A stretch of DNA of 64,000 bases from Octopus vulgaris (Eukaryota): assembly GCA_951406725.2 (NCBI GenBank), contig OX597825.1, forward strand, positions 5,580,001 through 5,644,000, read 5' to 3'. This document shows, piece after piece, positions 14,026 through 28,302 of this stretch. The notes below the pieces were generated by a model. The model worked only from the letters and a program-made list of their open reading frames with translations. It searched no databases and was not told the DNA's origin. The first letter of the stretch is position 1. Each line of letters begins with the position of its first letter. A program made the translations under genes and the position numbers.

Positions 14026-14182
14026 TAAAATAATACTCACGTGAAACATCCCTGCAGCGTTATTGCTAGCTAGCACCTAACTTAATCGGGCGAGAATTCG
14101 TCGCTTCCGATAGAGCAAACAATGGTTCCTTAAGAGATTTTATCTCAGGCTACATGCCGCAGTAACTGGTCTATCAACAGTG

Positions 14183-14399
14183 TATGAAGAGATGCTGAAA
14201 AGGTCCTGGCTTTAAGGGTATCACGAAAGGCCTGGTTGGAGGCCCAAACTTCCGAGTTCTTTTACAAGGCTCAGAAAAACTGAAGGACCGCTGCAATAAG
14301 TGTGTGAATCTGGAGAAATATGATAAATAAAATCATAATTAACTGATCCTCCTATATTTCCTTTTACCCAAAGCCAGGAACTTTTCAGCACCTGTCGTA
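14183..14399 (+). mobile_element. Mariner-derived MITE, copy 2
   Basis: TIRs gctgaaaaggtcctggcttt / aaagccaggaacttttcagc with TA at both ends. Confidence 0.85.
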
Positions 14400-14404
14400 T
14401 ATAT

Positions 14405-14575
14405 TGTTCAGTCCCACAGTGTGGCACCTTGGGCAAGTGCCTTTTGCTATAACCCCAGGCCGACCAAAGACTTGTGACTGGATTTGGTAGACGGAAACTG
14501 AAAGAAGCTCGTCGAATATACATATACGTGTGTGTGTGTGTGCTTGTGTGTCTGTCACCACTCCATTGCTTGACA

Positions 14576-14580
<5 letters not shown>
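14405..14580 (+). mobile_element. SINE family A fragment
   Basis: gttcagtcccac...ggatttggtagacggaaactgaaagaagc. Confidence 0.75.
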
Positions 14581-14630
<50 letters not shown>

Positions 14631-14662
14631 TGTGTGTATGTATATATATTTATATGCACACA

Positions 14663-14880
14663 CGAAGTGGGGCTGAGAAGTCCTGGCTTTAACAGTATCC
14701 CAAAGGGGTTGGTCAGAGGCCCAACCTCCCGAGTTCTTTTACAGAGCTTAGAAAGATTGAAGAACCGCTGCAATAAGTGTGTGAATAGGAGAAGAGAATA
14801 TGTTGAATAAAGTCCTAATTAATTGATCCTCCACTATTATCTTTCACCCAAAGCCAGAAACTTTTCAGCACGCCCTCGTA
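14663..14880 (+). mobile_element. Mariner-derived MITE, copy 3
   Basis: TIRs gctgagaagtcctggcttt / aaagccagaaacttttcagc. Interior homologous to the other copies. Confidence 0.85.
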
Positions 14881-15222
14881 CATAAATTAAGTATGATACA
14901 TAGACAGCTACTTTAATTCAAAACTGCCTTTGTTCTTTATTCTCTCCCGTTGTTTCTAACATCCAAATGTTTGGATTTTTTCATGAATGGAATCGTGAAT
15001 ACCGAAACTGAATATGAGAGAAATAATAAGGTTATATTATAAATCTGCTAATTTTATAATGAGCAATTCTTAATTATACAACAATTTACGAATGACACCA
15101 AGCATGAATGAGATATTATTTTTCCAGCTAATGTTTGTATAATCATTCTTGGCACAATTCTTCGAATTTCTCAACATTGATTAATAATATGAAAGGGATT
15201 AGAATTGGAATATATATACACA

Positions 15223-15299
<77 letters not shown>

Positions 15300-16526
15300 C
15301 ATACAGGTACATATATGTATGTATATATTTATACATATATACGAACACATATATATACACTTACATATATATATACATACATACACACACACATATATAT
15401 ATATATACACACATATATACATACATATACATAACAATCATATGATGCGGATGGAAATTCATAGGTTTTACTTATACATCGCAACGTCGCATACCACAGT
15501 TAGGTTGCAATTTATATATTATTTAATATTACTCTCAATAATTATGTATGTAAATACCGGGAAAAGTGGATCTCGAATCGCATAAAGCCATAAACAACAG
15601 CTTGCTGCAAATGTTCGGTTAAAAAACCCTTTTGGATAGAAAATGTCGAATGCTGCCTGTGAGACACGAATCCACATCTACTGTACTCATGTCCCACAGA
15701 TAGCCTACGACTTTTTCTATTCAAAAGGTTATTCAACTTAATCTTTACATGCTATTATTTATAGCTTTAAGTGCTTCAAGATCCTCTATTCCCAAAAAAG
15801 AATTATTTCACGTTCTCTGGAGTATTTATAAGTTTTTATGACATCAACAATATATATATATATATTTATATACACATACATAAACATAAAATAAATAATA
15901 TATATATATATATACATAAGCATATATGAGTACAGGACGTCACAAACAGTAAACAGCGTGAAATACTAAAATAAATGTGTGCAATACGCAAACAACGAGA
16001 GAAACAAAATGGAAAACAGGACAAGTAACATAAAGAACGACCCTTCATCAGTTGTCGGCTGTCTATCTGCTCATCATTTCGAGTATTCAACGACAATATG
16101 GGTCTTCGAAGAGAGTTGCTCCCACAAATACCAAAATAAAATTTTGGATTTTAGGGGGGGGGGGCAAAATTGGGAACAAAAACAGGACAGTGGAGACATA
16201 CAAGGAAACCGAACGAACACAAGCATGGAGGATCGTTAGACCAGAATTAGGGTAAAATAAAGAACGGTGGAGAAATATTTTCCTTGGCTTGAGAAAGGGT
16301 AGATGAGAGAGATAAGATACGTCCAGTCCTTAGGACAGGACTGGAAGACAAGAAAGATGATCAAGTGAGGAAAAGAAAGATGGACGATGTTCACGTGCGA
16401 GCAACGAAAGAGACAAAAGGAGAAAGAGGGGAAGAGAAAGAGAGAGAGAAAGAGAGATAAAAACGGTATATATATATATATATATACGTATGTGTGTGCG
16501 TGTGTGTGTGTATGTATGTATATATG

Positions 16527-16605
<79 letters not shown>

Positions 16606-16607
<2 letters not shown>

Positions 16608-16868
16608 CGTTTAGGCATATGCATAAGACTCATAGTTGAGTGCCTGAGTAACATCTTATAGCTTCGGCGCAACAGCTGCGAGAGGCTTCATGGCAGGCCC
16701 CGCACCAGATGGATGGACGTGATTGGCAAAGCTCTCCAGGCGCTCGACGTTACCTTGGAGAGTGCAGAAGAACATTGGTGGACCTGGTTGTCTCTACGCA
16801 TGATAATACCTCTGGAGCCTCTTGGAATGATCTCCAGCCCCATCAAGAGCATGAAGCCAAGCGAAGCC
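16606..16868 (+). mobile_element. RTE-type LINE 3' end fragment
   Basis: Translates RLHGRPRTRWMDVIGKALQAL, the GRP..RW.D C-terminal motif of RTE-like reverse transcriptases. Confidence 0.6.
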
Positions 16869-17261
16869 ATATATGTATGTCTGTCTGTCTGTCTGTCTGT
16901 CTGTATGTATGTATGTATACATAGAGATATAAACATAAATACACATATGTATAATGCTTGTGAATATTTACGATTATATGCGCATGCGCACTTTTGTGTT
17001 TATGTTTACAGGAATATAATTGAATATAACTTCAGAGACATAGCTTCGTATGTCAGGTTTCTACACGTATGAGGTTGTGTATATAACTATTCGTTTATGT
17101 GTATGTATGTGTGTGTGTGTGTGTTGGTATCGTGTGTGTACGTTTGTTATGTACCTCTTTGTGTATGTGTAAATGCATACATTTGTAAATATGTCAAGAT
17201 GTCATTTACAAACACACGCATGTATATATATGTTTATGTCTATATGCATGTATATTTAGTG

Positions 17262-17321
<60 letters not shown>

Positions 17322-18269
17322 TGTGTGTGCGTGTGTGGATGTGCACGCGTGTGCATGGATGTATATATGTATGCATCTATGTATGTATAATATTTTTGTG
17401 TTTTATGTGAATGAATGTGTAAAAATACGTGTGTTTGTCGACGTCAGATAATTAACGACAGACTTAAAGTAACACCCATGCACACACACACAAACATGTA
17501 TACACATATACTCATACAGACACGCACATACTCAAACACACACAAGCACACAAGTATACAAACACACACACACACACACAGCACAACCACACATATGTAC
17601 ACACTCACACAATTATAAAAAAATAACACATCAAAAATGCTGGGGAAAAAAACATAAATATCTGAATAAACATTTTAACTATAAAAGAATCCAGTTTGCT
17701 TAAAAGGTCACGATAATTTTGAGTGGAATTTGCACTTAGGTTTTTTCCTGTTAGGTCGTCTGCGATGTCAGCAGCCATTTAACAACTCTGGAATGTCTTA
17801 AAGAAAATAACTCCTCCTACGCAACGGTCAATAAAGGGTCTATTCATAAAACACCCCCGGAAGTCATTATTGCCCTCCCTCGTAAAAATGTGTCCTACAT
17901 TGTATAGAGTTTGGAGACATTACATGAAAAAGTTCTTCTGTTCTTCATGGATCTGAAGAAATGTTTTTACTTCCGTATGTAATGCACAACAGATTGTTAT
18001 ATGGCTTTTATTTTGGAATTTTGCTTTTCTTTTTTTCTTTTTCTATTTTTTTTTTCATCTCCTTTCAAGAGCAATGATTTGGTAGAGACGAGATGCTAGA
18101 GGAAATAGTCTATGTGCAACTAGCATACAGATTTTGGTTCTATTCTTTCCACTTCTCTGCTAGAAGCCCAAATGTTTGCTTTTCATAATTTTTGCTTTGA
18201 AGCTGGATTGAATTTCCCTTCCACACACGCACACACACACACATGCATATATGCACGCATACACGTACT

Positions 18270-18695
18270 TGACGCATTCCAGTGGAGCTACACGAAGAGA
18301 ATAGACGTAAAACGGCAAACTAGCTACAGGGAAAGGCTCAAAAGATTAAAAATTTACTCCTGAGAATAAAGGTAGGAAAGATATGTTGCGATATACATCT
18401 GGAAGACCTTGGAAATATTTACTCCAAAGACTTGCTCCAAACTTTGGTGTTGAAAGTTATGCAAACAACAGAACAAGACGCCATTACACAGGGCTTAAAA
18501 TCCTGCCGTCAAATATCAGAACAAGTACTGAAACAGCTTGGGAATCAAGGGCCGACAGCTCTTCAGTGTCCTCCCGAAGGAGCTGAGAGACATACATTGT
18601 GTATACGTAGATGTCTTCAAATCGATGCTGAACCTCCAACTGTCAACTGTTTCAGATGAGCCAGCATTGAGGCAGGAAGCGAGGATAAAGGCAGC
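18270..18695 (+). mobile_element. CR1-type LINE ORF2 C-terminal fragment (degenerate)
   Basis: SYRERLKRLKIYS, LAPNFGVESY, GIKGRQLFSVLPKELRDI...VFKSMLN...VSDEP read across frameshifts. Confidence 0.75.
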
Positions 18696-18702
18696 AGCAT
18701 CA

Positions 18703-19037
18703 GTGGAGGCGCAATGGCCTAATGATTAGGGCAGCGGAATCGCAGTCCGAGGATCGTGGTTTCGATTCCCAGGTCGGGCGTTGTGTGTGTTTATTGAGCG
18801 AAAACACTTAAAGCTCCACGAGGCTCCGGCAGGAGGTGGTGGAGACCCCTGTTGTACTCTTTCGCCCCAACTTTCTCTCACTCTTTCTTCCTGTTTCTTG
18901 TCCCCGACTTCCTATGGAATCGCAGGGTCTGGATGCGCATTCATCCATCCGTCGATGCTCTCGGTGTCGGGGGTTGACCTGCTTTCTCTTCTGCGGGTCT
19001 TACGAATAGCAAAGGACCACGTTTCGGACTTCTCCCA
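18703..19037 (+). mobile_element. tRNA-derived SINE, family C
   Basis: gtggaggcgcaatggcctaatgattagggc...gtggtttcgattccc tRNA-like head followed by a GC-rich body. Confidence 0.65.
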
Positions 19038-19179
19038 CTCTGGGACGAAGACCGCTTCGCCCAACAGCAACAGCAACAGCATCAAAGTCTCTCATTCACC
19101 CAACGCCACCAACTATTGCAGGAAGATTAATGAACCCGTTGCAACTCCTAATGTTGGTGTGACCCTGCGTGGCCGCAAC

Positions 19180-19333
19180 CCTTCAGCTTCCGTCTTCCAA
19201 AACCACTCACAAGGCTTTTGGTAGGTCCAATGCTATAGTACCAGACATTTGCCCACGGTGCCACGCAGTGGGACTGAACCTGGCACCATGTGGTTGGGAA
19301 GCAAGCTTCTTACCACACAGCCACGCCTGCGCC
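19180..19333 (-). mobile_element. SINE family A 5' part
   Basis: Minus strand ggcgcaggcgtggctgtgtggtaagaagcttgcttcccaaccacatgg... Confidence 0.8.
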
Positions 19334-19722
19334 TATGTGTGTGTGTGTACGCGGGTGCGATGCGTGTGTACCCACATGCCAGCACGCATACTTTTTCCAA
19401 GGTTAACATAATTGGGTGATGCAAACTATACCCAAACGGTTTCTCCTCATTTTCCCATATTTTCTCTGTTTGGTTTGTTTACACTTTTTTCTTTTCCCAT
19501 TGCCAATGACGAAACGCTCCATGCTCTCCTACAATGTCGACATGTCATTTGTATAACAGGACACGCCTGTCGGGGGGACCTTGTGAGTCAATTCAATTGC
19601 GTCGTGAGAAAGTATGATTCACATACCACACACACACGCACACACACATACACACATATTATATAAATGTATATACATGCATACATACATACATACATAC
19701 TTACATACATATATATATATAC

Positions 19723-19763
<41 letters not shown>

Positions 19764-19849
19764 TATACATGCATATATATATATAAATATATATACATAT
19801 ATATACATATATACATATATATACATACATATATACATACATATATACA

Positions 19850-19883
<34 letters not shown>

Positions 19884-19902
19884 AGTACATATATACAATT
19901 AC

Positions 19903-19934
<32 letters not shown>

Positions 19935-20656
19935 GTGTGTGTATGAATGTGTGTATGTATGTCATTGTATACATTATGTGCATGTTAGCTTATGTGGTAC
20001 TCAGCACGCTCTTATGTGTGAGGAGAAGGCGAGGTGATGGTGCGGTTTTTTTGGGGGTTTTCTTTTTTACTTTTTTACAAGTGTCACTCCTACAGAAGCT
20101 GCAAGAGGAATTCTCACGCCTGATTCGCCAAGAGAAGCATGACATAGAAAAAAAAAGAGGAAGAAAAAACAGAGAAATTATCAGCCCATCTGAGAACCGA
20201 CAAACATCATCTGACGATCATCATACGATGTCTGTTATTATGGCATTCATAATAAAAGCGCCTTACGGTCTGAGTTCAAATTCCGCCGAAGTCGACTTTG
20301 CCTTTCATCATTTCGAACTCGATAAAATAAATACCAGTTGAATACTGAGTTCGATTTAATCGATTTATCCCTTCGCTTCAAATTGCTGGCCTTGTGCCAA
20401 AATTTGAAACTATTATTATAGGCTCTCGTGAATAATCAGCTTTGTTTCTGCTTACTGACAACACAATGTCCCAATAATATTCCAATCTCAATGAAGGTTT
20501 TTTTTTTAAATGTTTAAAATAAGTGTTGTACTTCGTTTAAATATTCTGTTTCGGAAATTATCCTTATAACGCCCCACTCACATTTTTCGATACACTGCGG
20601 GCTTAAAATGCCCATAAGGTGGTGATGGGCGCTCTACAGCTCGGATGAAAAACCGA

Positions 20657-20859
20657 CCCTTTAAACATTTTAATCAGCCATATCGAGCCAAAATGTTCTA
20701 CTTGTTTTATGCTCAAACTGGCCGGTTTTTTCACCTGTCCCACAATGGAATTAAGAAAATGAACAATCATATACATAAGGACACAGATCTTGTCCTATAG
20801 CCAGCTGGAGACGATGTCTCCTGGGGTTAAATTACAGTAACATTTGTCCTAAACTATTT

Positions 20860-20898
<39 letters not shown>

Positions 20899-21130
20899 TC
20901 CTAGGGCTAAATTACTGCAACATTCGTCCTAAACCAGGACTGCCATGATATGTTGGCAAACAATCTTTACTCCAAAGTACTGTTGCTGAATATCTCTCGT
21001 TGTGAGACTTAAAAATAGTAATTTTCTAATGAACAATCACATCATCAAAACCTCGCAACTGCAAGATTAAATTACAGCAATGTGAATACAAAAGCATTAG
21101 AGTTGACAAAGTAATTCGAATGTTAAAGGA
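20657..21130. mobile_element. Degenerate MITE (piggyBac-like CCCTTT...AAAGG ends) with a nested insertion
   Basis: Ends ccctttaaacattt / gaatgttaaagga. A ~260 bp internal insert is flanked by the direct repeat aatgaacaatca. Confidence 0.4.
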
Positions 21131-22489
21131 CAAATATTTATTTCCAAGCCCTTAGCAACAAGTTATATTCTTCAACAGCTAATCATGCTGGTTTCAGTTT
21201 ATGGGGATATATTAGTTGTGGTGTTCATTTGTTTTCCAAAGGTATGTGTTAACGGGTTTACAACGACCAGTAATCGAATCAAAATTGCTCACTGTTTATC
21301 TATTTATGTGAAATGTCTGTAATTTATAGGAGACTTATTGAAATGCGCATGCGTAATATTTTCAAACAGGCAGTGAATTGACAAGATGTTAAAGCATCAG
21401 ATAAAATAAAATGCATTGGGACGTTCGTACCAGGTCTAAACACTGATTCCTATTCGCACTAAGGTCAACTGTACTTTTCTGTCGTTCAGAGAGGAGGAAT
21501 AACGTACCAGTTCATGACTGTGGAATGGTGAAATTGTTAGAGCTTTGGGCAAGGTGTCCTGGCTCTGTGTTTCCTGAGTTCAATTTCCGCTCAGGTGCCA
21601 ATGAAACATTGTTAATGATATAAATCTACAGTTATCCAATATGGACAAATAGTCTTACATCTAGCATAGATGTGGTAGCAACTATAGATCAGCAACAGCT
21701 AAATGGGAATAGCATAGTTGGACACCGCGTTTGATGGCAATGGCATACAAAGATGTAGCCTACTTTCAGCAGCAAATATCCAGAAAAACTATTTTGTGCA
21801 TTAAAGATGTAAAGCTTAAATCATGTCGCATACGAGAACCAAAGTAATTATTTTGAGAGAATTTTTTTGGCAAAATTACATCTTCTACGCCATCAAATAA
21901 GGTATTGTTTAATCTCTTTAATGCATCATCCACTTCGTCCTTTTGTTTAAGATGGTCGGATATAAAGTGAGGGAGATTTGATTGCTTTTTCTAGCTGGTT
22001 AAGTCGCCATGTAGAAAGAGATGTTACTTCAATTTTGTTGTTTTCAGTGTTGGTAACTTTTGCAGTTCGTGTTGTTACTATTGTTGTTGATGTTGTTCTT
22101 ATTGTTGCTGTGGTGGTTGTTTTTAAAGCTGTAGCTAATAATGTTGCTATGTCAACCGCCACCATCAACATGCACACCCAAATTTACGCCATTTTGAAAT
22201 CAAATCCGAACAATTATACGTCAACTTCAAATTATTTCACACCCACAAAAAGTGGCCTTAAAGTTCCGGTGGTGGGTGGTAATAATGGTCGTTATAGTTT
22301 TGCAAATGATATTATTGGTGGCGGTGGGGGGAGTTATTCCTAATGATTGTGGTGGTAGTGGTGGTGGTGATGGTATTTATTGGATGTTAGGTATAGTAGT
22401 TTTCGCTTAAACGCCCTTCACTCAGGAAGTGCCTCACTTTTCAACGTTGCAATTTATTTCCAATTTCAAAACTATTATTTTTTAAATAA

Positions 22490-22543
<54 letters not shown>

Positions 22544-22544
<1 letters not shown>

Positions 22545-22936
22545 GCGGTCAGTTGGTAGAAACGTTAGCACGCCGGGCGAAATGCTTAGCAGTATTCCGT
22601 CTGCCGTTACGTTCTGAGTTCAAATTCCGCCGAGGTCGACTTTCCCTTTCATCCTTTCGGGGTCGATTAAATAAGTACCAGTTGCGCACTGGGGTCGATA
22701 TAATCGACTTAATCTGTTTGTGTGTCCTTGTTTGTCCCCTCTGTGTTTAGCCCCTTGTGGGTAGAAAAGAAATAGGTATTTCGTCCGTCTTTACGTTCAG
22801 AGTTCAAATTCCGTCGAAGTCGACATTACCTTTCACCTTTTTGGTACAAGATGAGGTCGATGTAACCGTCTTCCACTCCTCCCCACAAAAATTGCTGACC
22901 TTGTGCCAAAATTATTATTATTATTATTATTATTAT

Positions 22937-22998
<62 letters not shown>

Positions 22999-23400
22999 AT
23001 ATTAAGGTGGCGAGCTGGCAGAATCGTTAGCACGCCGGGCGAAATGTTTAAAAGGCATTTCGTCTGTCGCTACATCCTAAGATCAAATTCCGCCGTGTTC
23101 GACCTTGCCTGTCACCCTTTTGGGGTCGATAAATTAAGTACCAGTGAAAAACTAGGTCGATGTTATCGAATTAACCTCCCACCCACCCAAAATTTCAGGC
23201 CTTGTGCCTAGAATAGAAAGGATTATCATTACTATTACTAAAGTGCCGAAAAGGCAGAATGGTTAGCACGCCGGATAAAATACTTATTGACATTTCGTCC
23301 GCCTATAAGTTCTGAGTTTAAATGCCGCCAAGGTCGACTTTGCTTTTTATCCTTTCGGAGTCAATAACATTAGAACCAGTTAAGTACAGGCCTCAATGTA
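22544..23400 (+). mobile_element. Cluster of three family B SINEs (Deu/Nin-like domain)
   Basis: Repeated gttagcacgccgggcgaaatg...gttctgagttcaaattccgccgaggtcgactttgcctttcatcctttcggggtcga. Copies start near 22544, 23005 and 23242, separated by (TAT)/(TAG) runs. Confidence 0.85.
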
Positions 23401-23590
23401 ATCTTCTCTCTTTTGTTTTTAATCTGCCATGCTTGCCCCTCCCCTGGGGTGTCCATCGGAGGTTCTGCATTGTAACGCTGGAGACAGATTTTTGAAGGGT
23501 GTCTTTCAACGAACATAATTTTCTTCTCTTTATCTGGATTGCTGGAGAGACATCATACTCCATTCCCCGAAAGGTGTCAAACCGAGTACT
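23393..23590 (-). mobile_element. RTE LINE RT C-terminal fragment
   Basis: IQIKRRKL...TLQKS...LRWTPQGRGKHGRLK resembles RTE L.WTPQGKRKRGRPK. Confidence 0.55.
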
Positions 23591-24444
23591 CCCTAAAAGG
23601 ATGAAGGATGAGGTGGACAAACCTTTACAATTAATTCTCTGACATCTTCCAACTATAACGATTCCACCAATGTTATTTTTAAAATAACCTTTGCTTCGCA
23701 TGATTCTTTGCTCGGGTTTCCTCAATCTCTTTTCTTTACTTTACATGAATACATGAACACGCCAAAGCCATCTGCATTTTATTCTTCATAGAATTCTTGT
23801 CTAAAATTAAATCAGACCTGAAGCAGTGTTCGAAATCTTAGAATTAGTTTGCATTCTTTGTTCGTTGATATAGTAGCTTTTATTCATAGCCTTCATCTTT
23901 GCTTTGCATTTGCTATTGATGAGAGAGAATCCTAAATGTACTTCCACTGCTTCACTAGGCGTACAGCGAGGAATATTATCACGTTTCATGACACATAATC
24001 TTTCTCTATGAATATTCTATACCGTGACCACCCATAAGGAATTTATTCAATTATTCTGAGCTTTTATTCTTATACCTCCTTCACACAACCACTCAAACTC
24101 TGCATACCATAGCACACGCCTACACACAGCTGCATATGCCTGCATATATCTTTCCTATTATAGCACATTGCTGTGCATATACTTGCGAATAATTGCACAC
24201 GAACACATGCACGGTTTCAAAAATCTTGTAACTGCACACAATTATATGCATATGTGCACACCTGCATATAGCACATGCATAATTTTTAAAAAATTGTAAA
24301 CTACTGCACACAATTGCATGTAAATATGCACAATTGCGAACGTATATACACTTGCACACAGCGACAAACATTTGCATAGTAAATACATTCGAAACTGCAC
24401 ACAAGACCACTCAGATGTAAAAGGCTGTACACAACTACACGCAC

Positions 24445-24687
<243 letters not shown>

Positions 24688-24949
24688 AGTGTGTGTGTGT
24701 GTGCGTATATATATGGTTGTGTGTGCTAAAGTCACTTTAGGGTCATGATTTAGAAAAGACGAAATTCCGTGTCAAAGGAAAGGCAAAATTTAGTAACTCT
24801 GCGATGGACTGGCGTCCCATCCAGGTGGGTAATTTATGCGCCATGAAACCGAGAATGTGACTCTCTTGAGTCGGTGTGACTCGAGAAAGTAGATTTAACT
24901 TTAACTTTAGTCTGCGCAACTCAAAGTTCTCAACTCAAAGCTGGTGTAG

Positions 24950-25003
<54 letters not shown>

Positions 25004-26068
25004 CAATCAATCAATTTCTCTCTCTCACACACACACTCTCTCTTTCTGTCTCTATCAATCCATTTCTCTCCTGGAAGTGTCGCTTGGTCAAAAAGTGCGA
25101 GTATCAAGAGGATGTTCGTTGGCGACTACAAGGGCACCTAAAACAATTAACGAAAGCAGGGTACATGTTATCAAGCCATACTTCTTCGCAGATGACGGTT
25201 TGCTCTTAATTTTGGTTTCCTTGCAATATGTTTCTTCTGTTGTCTATTATTTCAATATTTTATTTTTACTTGTAAACGTATATCGTGAAATATAACTATT
25301 GGATTATATTCGACATTTATCACCTCTGTTTTAGCTACAATAAGTCACATATTACCTCTTTATTTAATCTTATGAGCCTCATATTACCTCTGTATTGCCT
25401 TCAGTAAGCTATTAATTTCTCCCTAAGGATTCTAGTCTCTCTATTATACAACTCCCTTTTCTCCAGTTTCAAGTGTGACATTTGTTGCTGCACTTTCACA
25501 AAAAGGACACAGTTCTTTCCCCTGTTCTTCAGGCAGTTCTACTTCACTCCCACATTTGCAATATCGAATAACACGTCCTTTTCTCGTTTGCTTTCTTCTC
25601 TAATCTCCCCATCGTCATCTTCTCACGCAAAGTGATCTTGTCGTATCGTTGAGATTTTATCAATATTCTTTCTATCTTTCTATCTTTCAATACAATGTTT
25701 CCTGGTATATTTTGTTGAATCTAATCACAAACTCCATCATCGGAACCGTTCTATAATTTAAAGGCCTCCCTGAAATTTCTTTTAAACGATTCTAGATAAT
25801 TCAAACTTATCGTTCAAAATTTCCAAATGAAGTGTTTTCGTGTCGTAATGAAATCCCAGATAACATATTTTGTCTGTTTCTTTTCACCTAGCTGCCAAAG
25901 CTAATTGCGTGACGCCGTACCACATTCTAATAAGAGAATAATTATCTCTTGCTAAAACCGGTGCCATCTAGACACCTATTTATTTCTTCTCCTCGTTAAA
26001 TACGTCCAATATCAGATATCACAGACACTAGGATCAGATACACCCACACACTTTGACTCATGTATATG

Positions 26069-26206
<138 letters not shown>

Positions 26207-26637
26207 TGTATGTATGTATATGTATATTTGTATATCTATATATAATATAGAACAAGGATGCGTTATATCCTGATCATTCCGATTGCAGAAAAGATCTTGA
26301 GATACATTCTGACGATGGCACCAATCTCCCTTAATGATGCCATTATCTTTTAAACAATTAATTTATCAAGAAATGGTATTCGCAATCACCAAACACATCG
26401 TTCAAAATGGTCGTCCTTTATCAACTCAGTCACACATTTTTTTTTCTGAATATCTTTCACGCTATGTTCAGACATAGAATAGATCGGTTGCTCTTTGACT
26501 TAAGAAGGAACAAGGTACAACATATTTATAACCATAGTTTGCAGTTAAAAAACATATTTTTATACATTACCTCTTATACAGTACCTCTTATCCTGTTGTG
26601 TACAATACCAGTTGTCAGGCGATGCTAAGCACGAAGG

Positions 26638-27049
26638 TACATACATACATACATACATACATACATACATACATACATACATACATACATACATACATAC
26701 ATACATACATACATGCATGCATACATGCATACATACATACATACATACGTACATACATACATACATACATACATACATTCATACATACATACATACATGC
26801 ATGCATACATACATACATACATACATACATACATGCATACATACATACATAAATACATACATACATACATGCATGCATGCATACATACATACATGCATAC
26901 ATACATACATAAATACATACATACATACATACATGCATGCATACATACATACATACATACATGCATACATACAATCATACATACATACATACATACATAC
27001 ATACATACATACATACATACATACATACATACATACATACATACATACA

Positions 27050-27080
<31 letters not shown>
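26638..27080. repeat. (TACA)n microsatellite with TGCA/TAAA variants
   Basis: Direct inspection, about 440 bp. Confidence 0.95.
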
Positions 27081-27095
27081 GCACCCCCTCGTCTG

Positions 27096-27302
27096 TACGA
27101 AGAGGTGGTGAAAAAGTTTCTGGCTGTAAGGATGTAGCGAAAAGCCTGGCTGGAGGCCCAACCTTCCGAGTTCTTTAACAGGGCTTACAAAAACTGAAGG
27201 ACCAGTGTAAAAAGTTTGTGAATCTGAGAGGGGAATATATTGGTCAAAAACATAACTGATTCTCCGATATTTTTCTTTTACCCAAACCAGCAACCCCTCG
27301 TA
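27096..27302 (+). mobile_element. Mariner-derived MITE, copy 4
   Basis: ta-cgaagaggtggtgaaaaagtttctggct ... cccctcg-ta. Interior homologous; right TIR partly deleted. Confidence 0.8.
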
Positions 27303-27568
27303 TATTCATACGTATTCACTCATAAGGCTTTTGTGGGCCCGATGCTAGGGTAAAAAGGTACTTGACCAAAGTAGCACGCAATAGAATTGAACACTGCACC
27401 ATACGGTTGGAAAGCAAGCTTCTTACTACACAGCCACGCCTGCTTATCGTTAATTCATTAATTGTTATTTTTTAAATATATTTCCGTCTCTCAGTTTCTC
27501 TCTATCTCCAGCTACTTTCGTCTTCCTTTTCCTATCCTTCAATATCCCTCTTTCTTTCCTTCTTTCTT

Positions 27569-27619
<51 letters not shown>

Positions 27620-27943
27620 ACACGTTCAGTATCCTCTCACTTGTTTTTCTTGAATTTTTTGTAATATCCATTATTATTAACTACTGTTTGAGCAAATATC
27701 TTCCATTATAACCACAGGTCGACCAACACCTTGTGACTGCATTTTGCAAATGGAAACTGTGTGGAAATTTGTCGAATATCTATGTGCGTCTGTGTTTCTG
27801 TTACTTTATCACCCCACCGCTAGACAAGCGGCGTCGATTTGTTTACAGCAAAGCAGACCATTAAAAAAAGACCAGATTTTAAAAAGGATAAGTACCGGTG
27901 TTGATTTGCTTGACTAAAATACTTCAACAAACACACACACAGT

Positions 27944-28037
<94 letters not shown>

Positions 28038-28044
28038 TGTGTGT

Positions 28045-28215
28045 GTAGCCACTACACATTCTTTATTTTCTCTCCTTGTTTCTTTCTGTGTTCCTTTCTG
28101 TGAAGAGCGTAGGCTCGAAACGTTAAAGACTTTTTCACTTCCCGAGCGTTATACTAATACATCTGTTTGTTGTCTACACCACCTGTCTTCGTCTTTTTTT
28201 GTGTGAATTCTCCCT
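28045..28215 (+). mobile_element. Short microsatellite-embedded repeat with a hammerhead-like fold
   Basis: 28094-28128 reads cttt-CTGTGA-a-gagc-gtag-gctc-GAAA-cg-TT-aaag. Homologous to copies at 35552, 44310 and 47488. Confidence 0.6.
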
Positions 28216-28226
28216 ATATATATATG

Positions 28227-28302
<76 letters not shown>

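Noticed and set aside
20071-20250. Coding-looking stretch SLLQKLQEEFSRLIRQEKHDIEKKRGRK
   Set aside because: No donor site or recognisable homology. It is A-rich low complexity and runs into a SINE.
25480-25960. Possible gag-like retroelement remnant on the minus strand (MMEFVIRFNKIY)
   Set aside because: Too degenerate to assign by eye.
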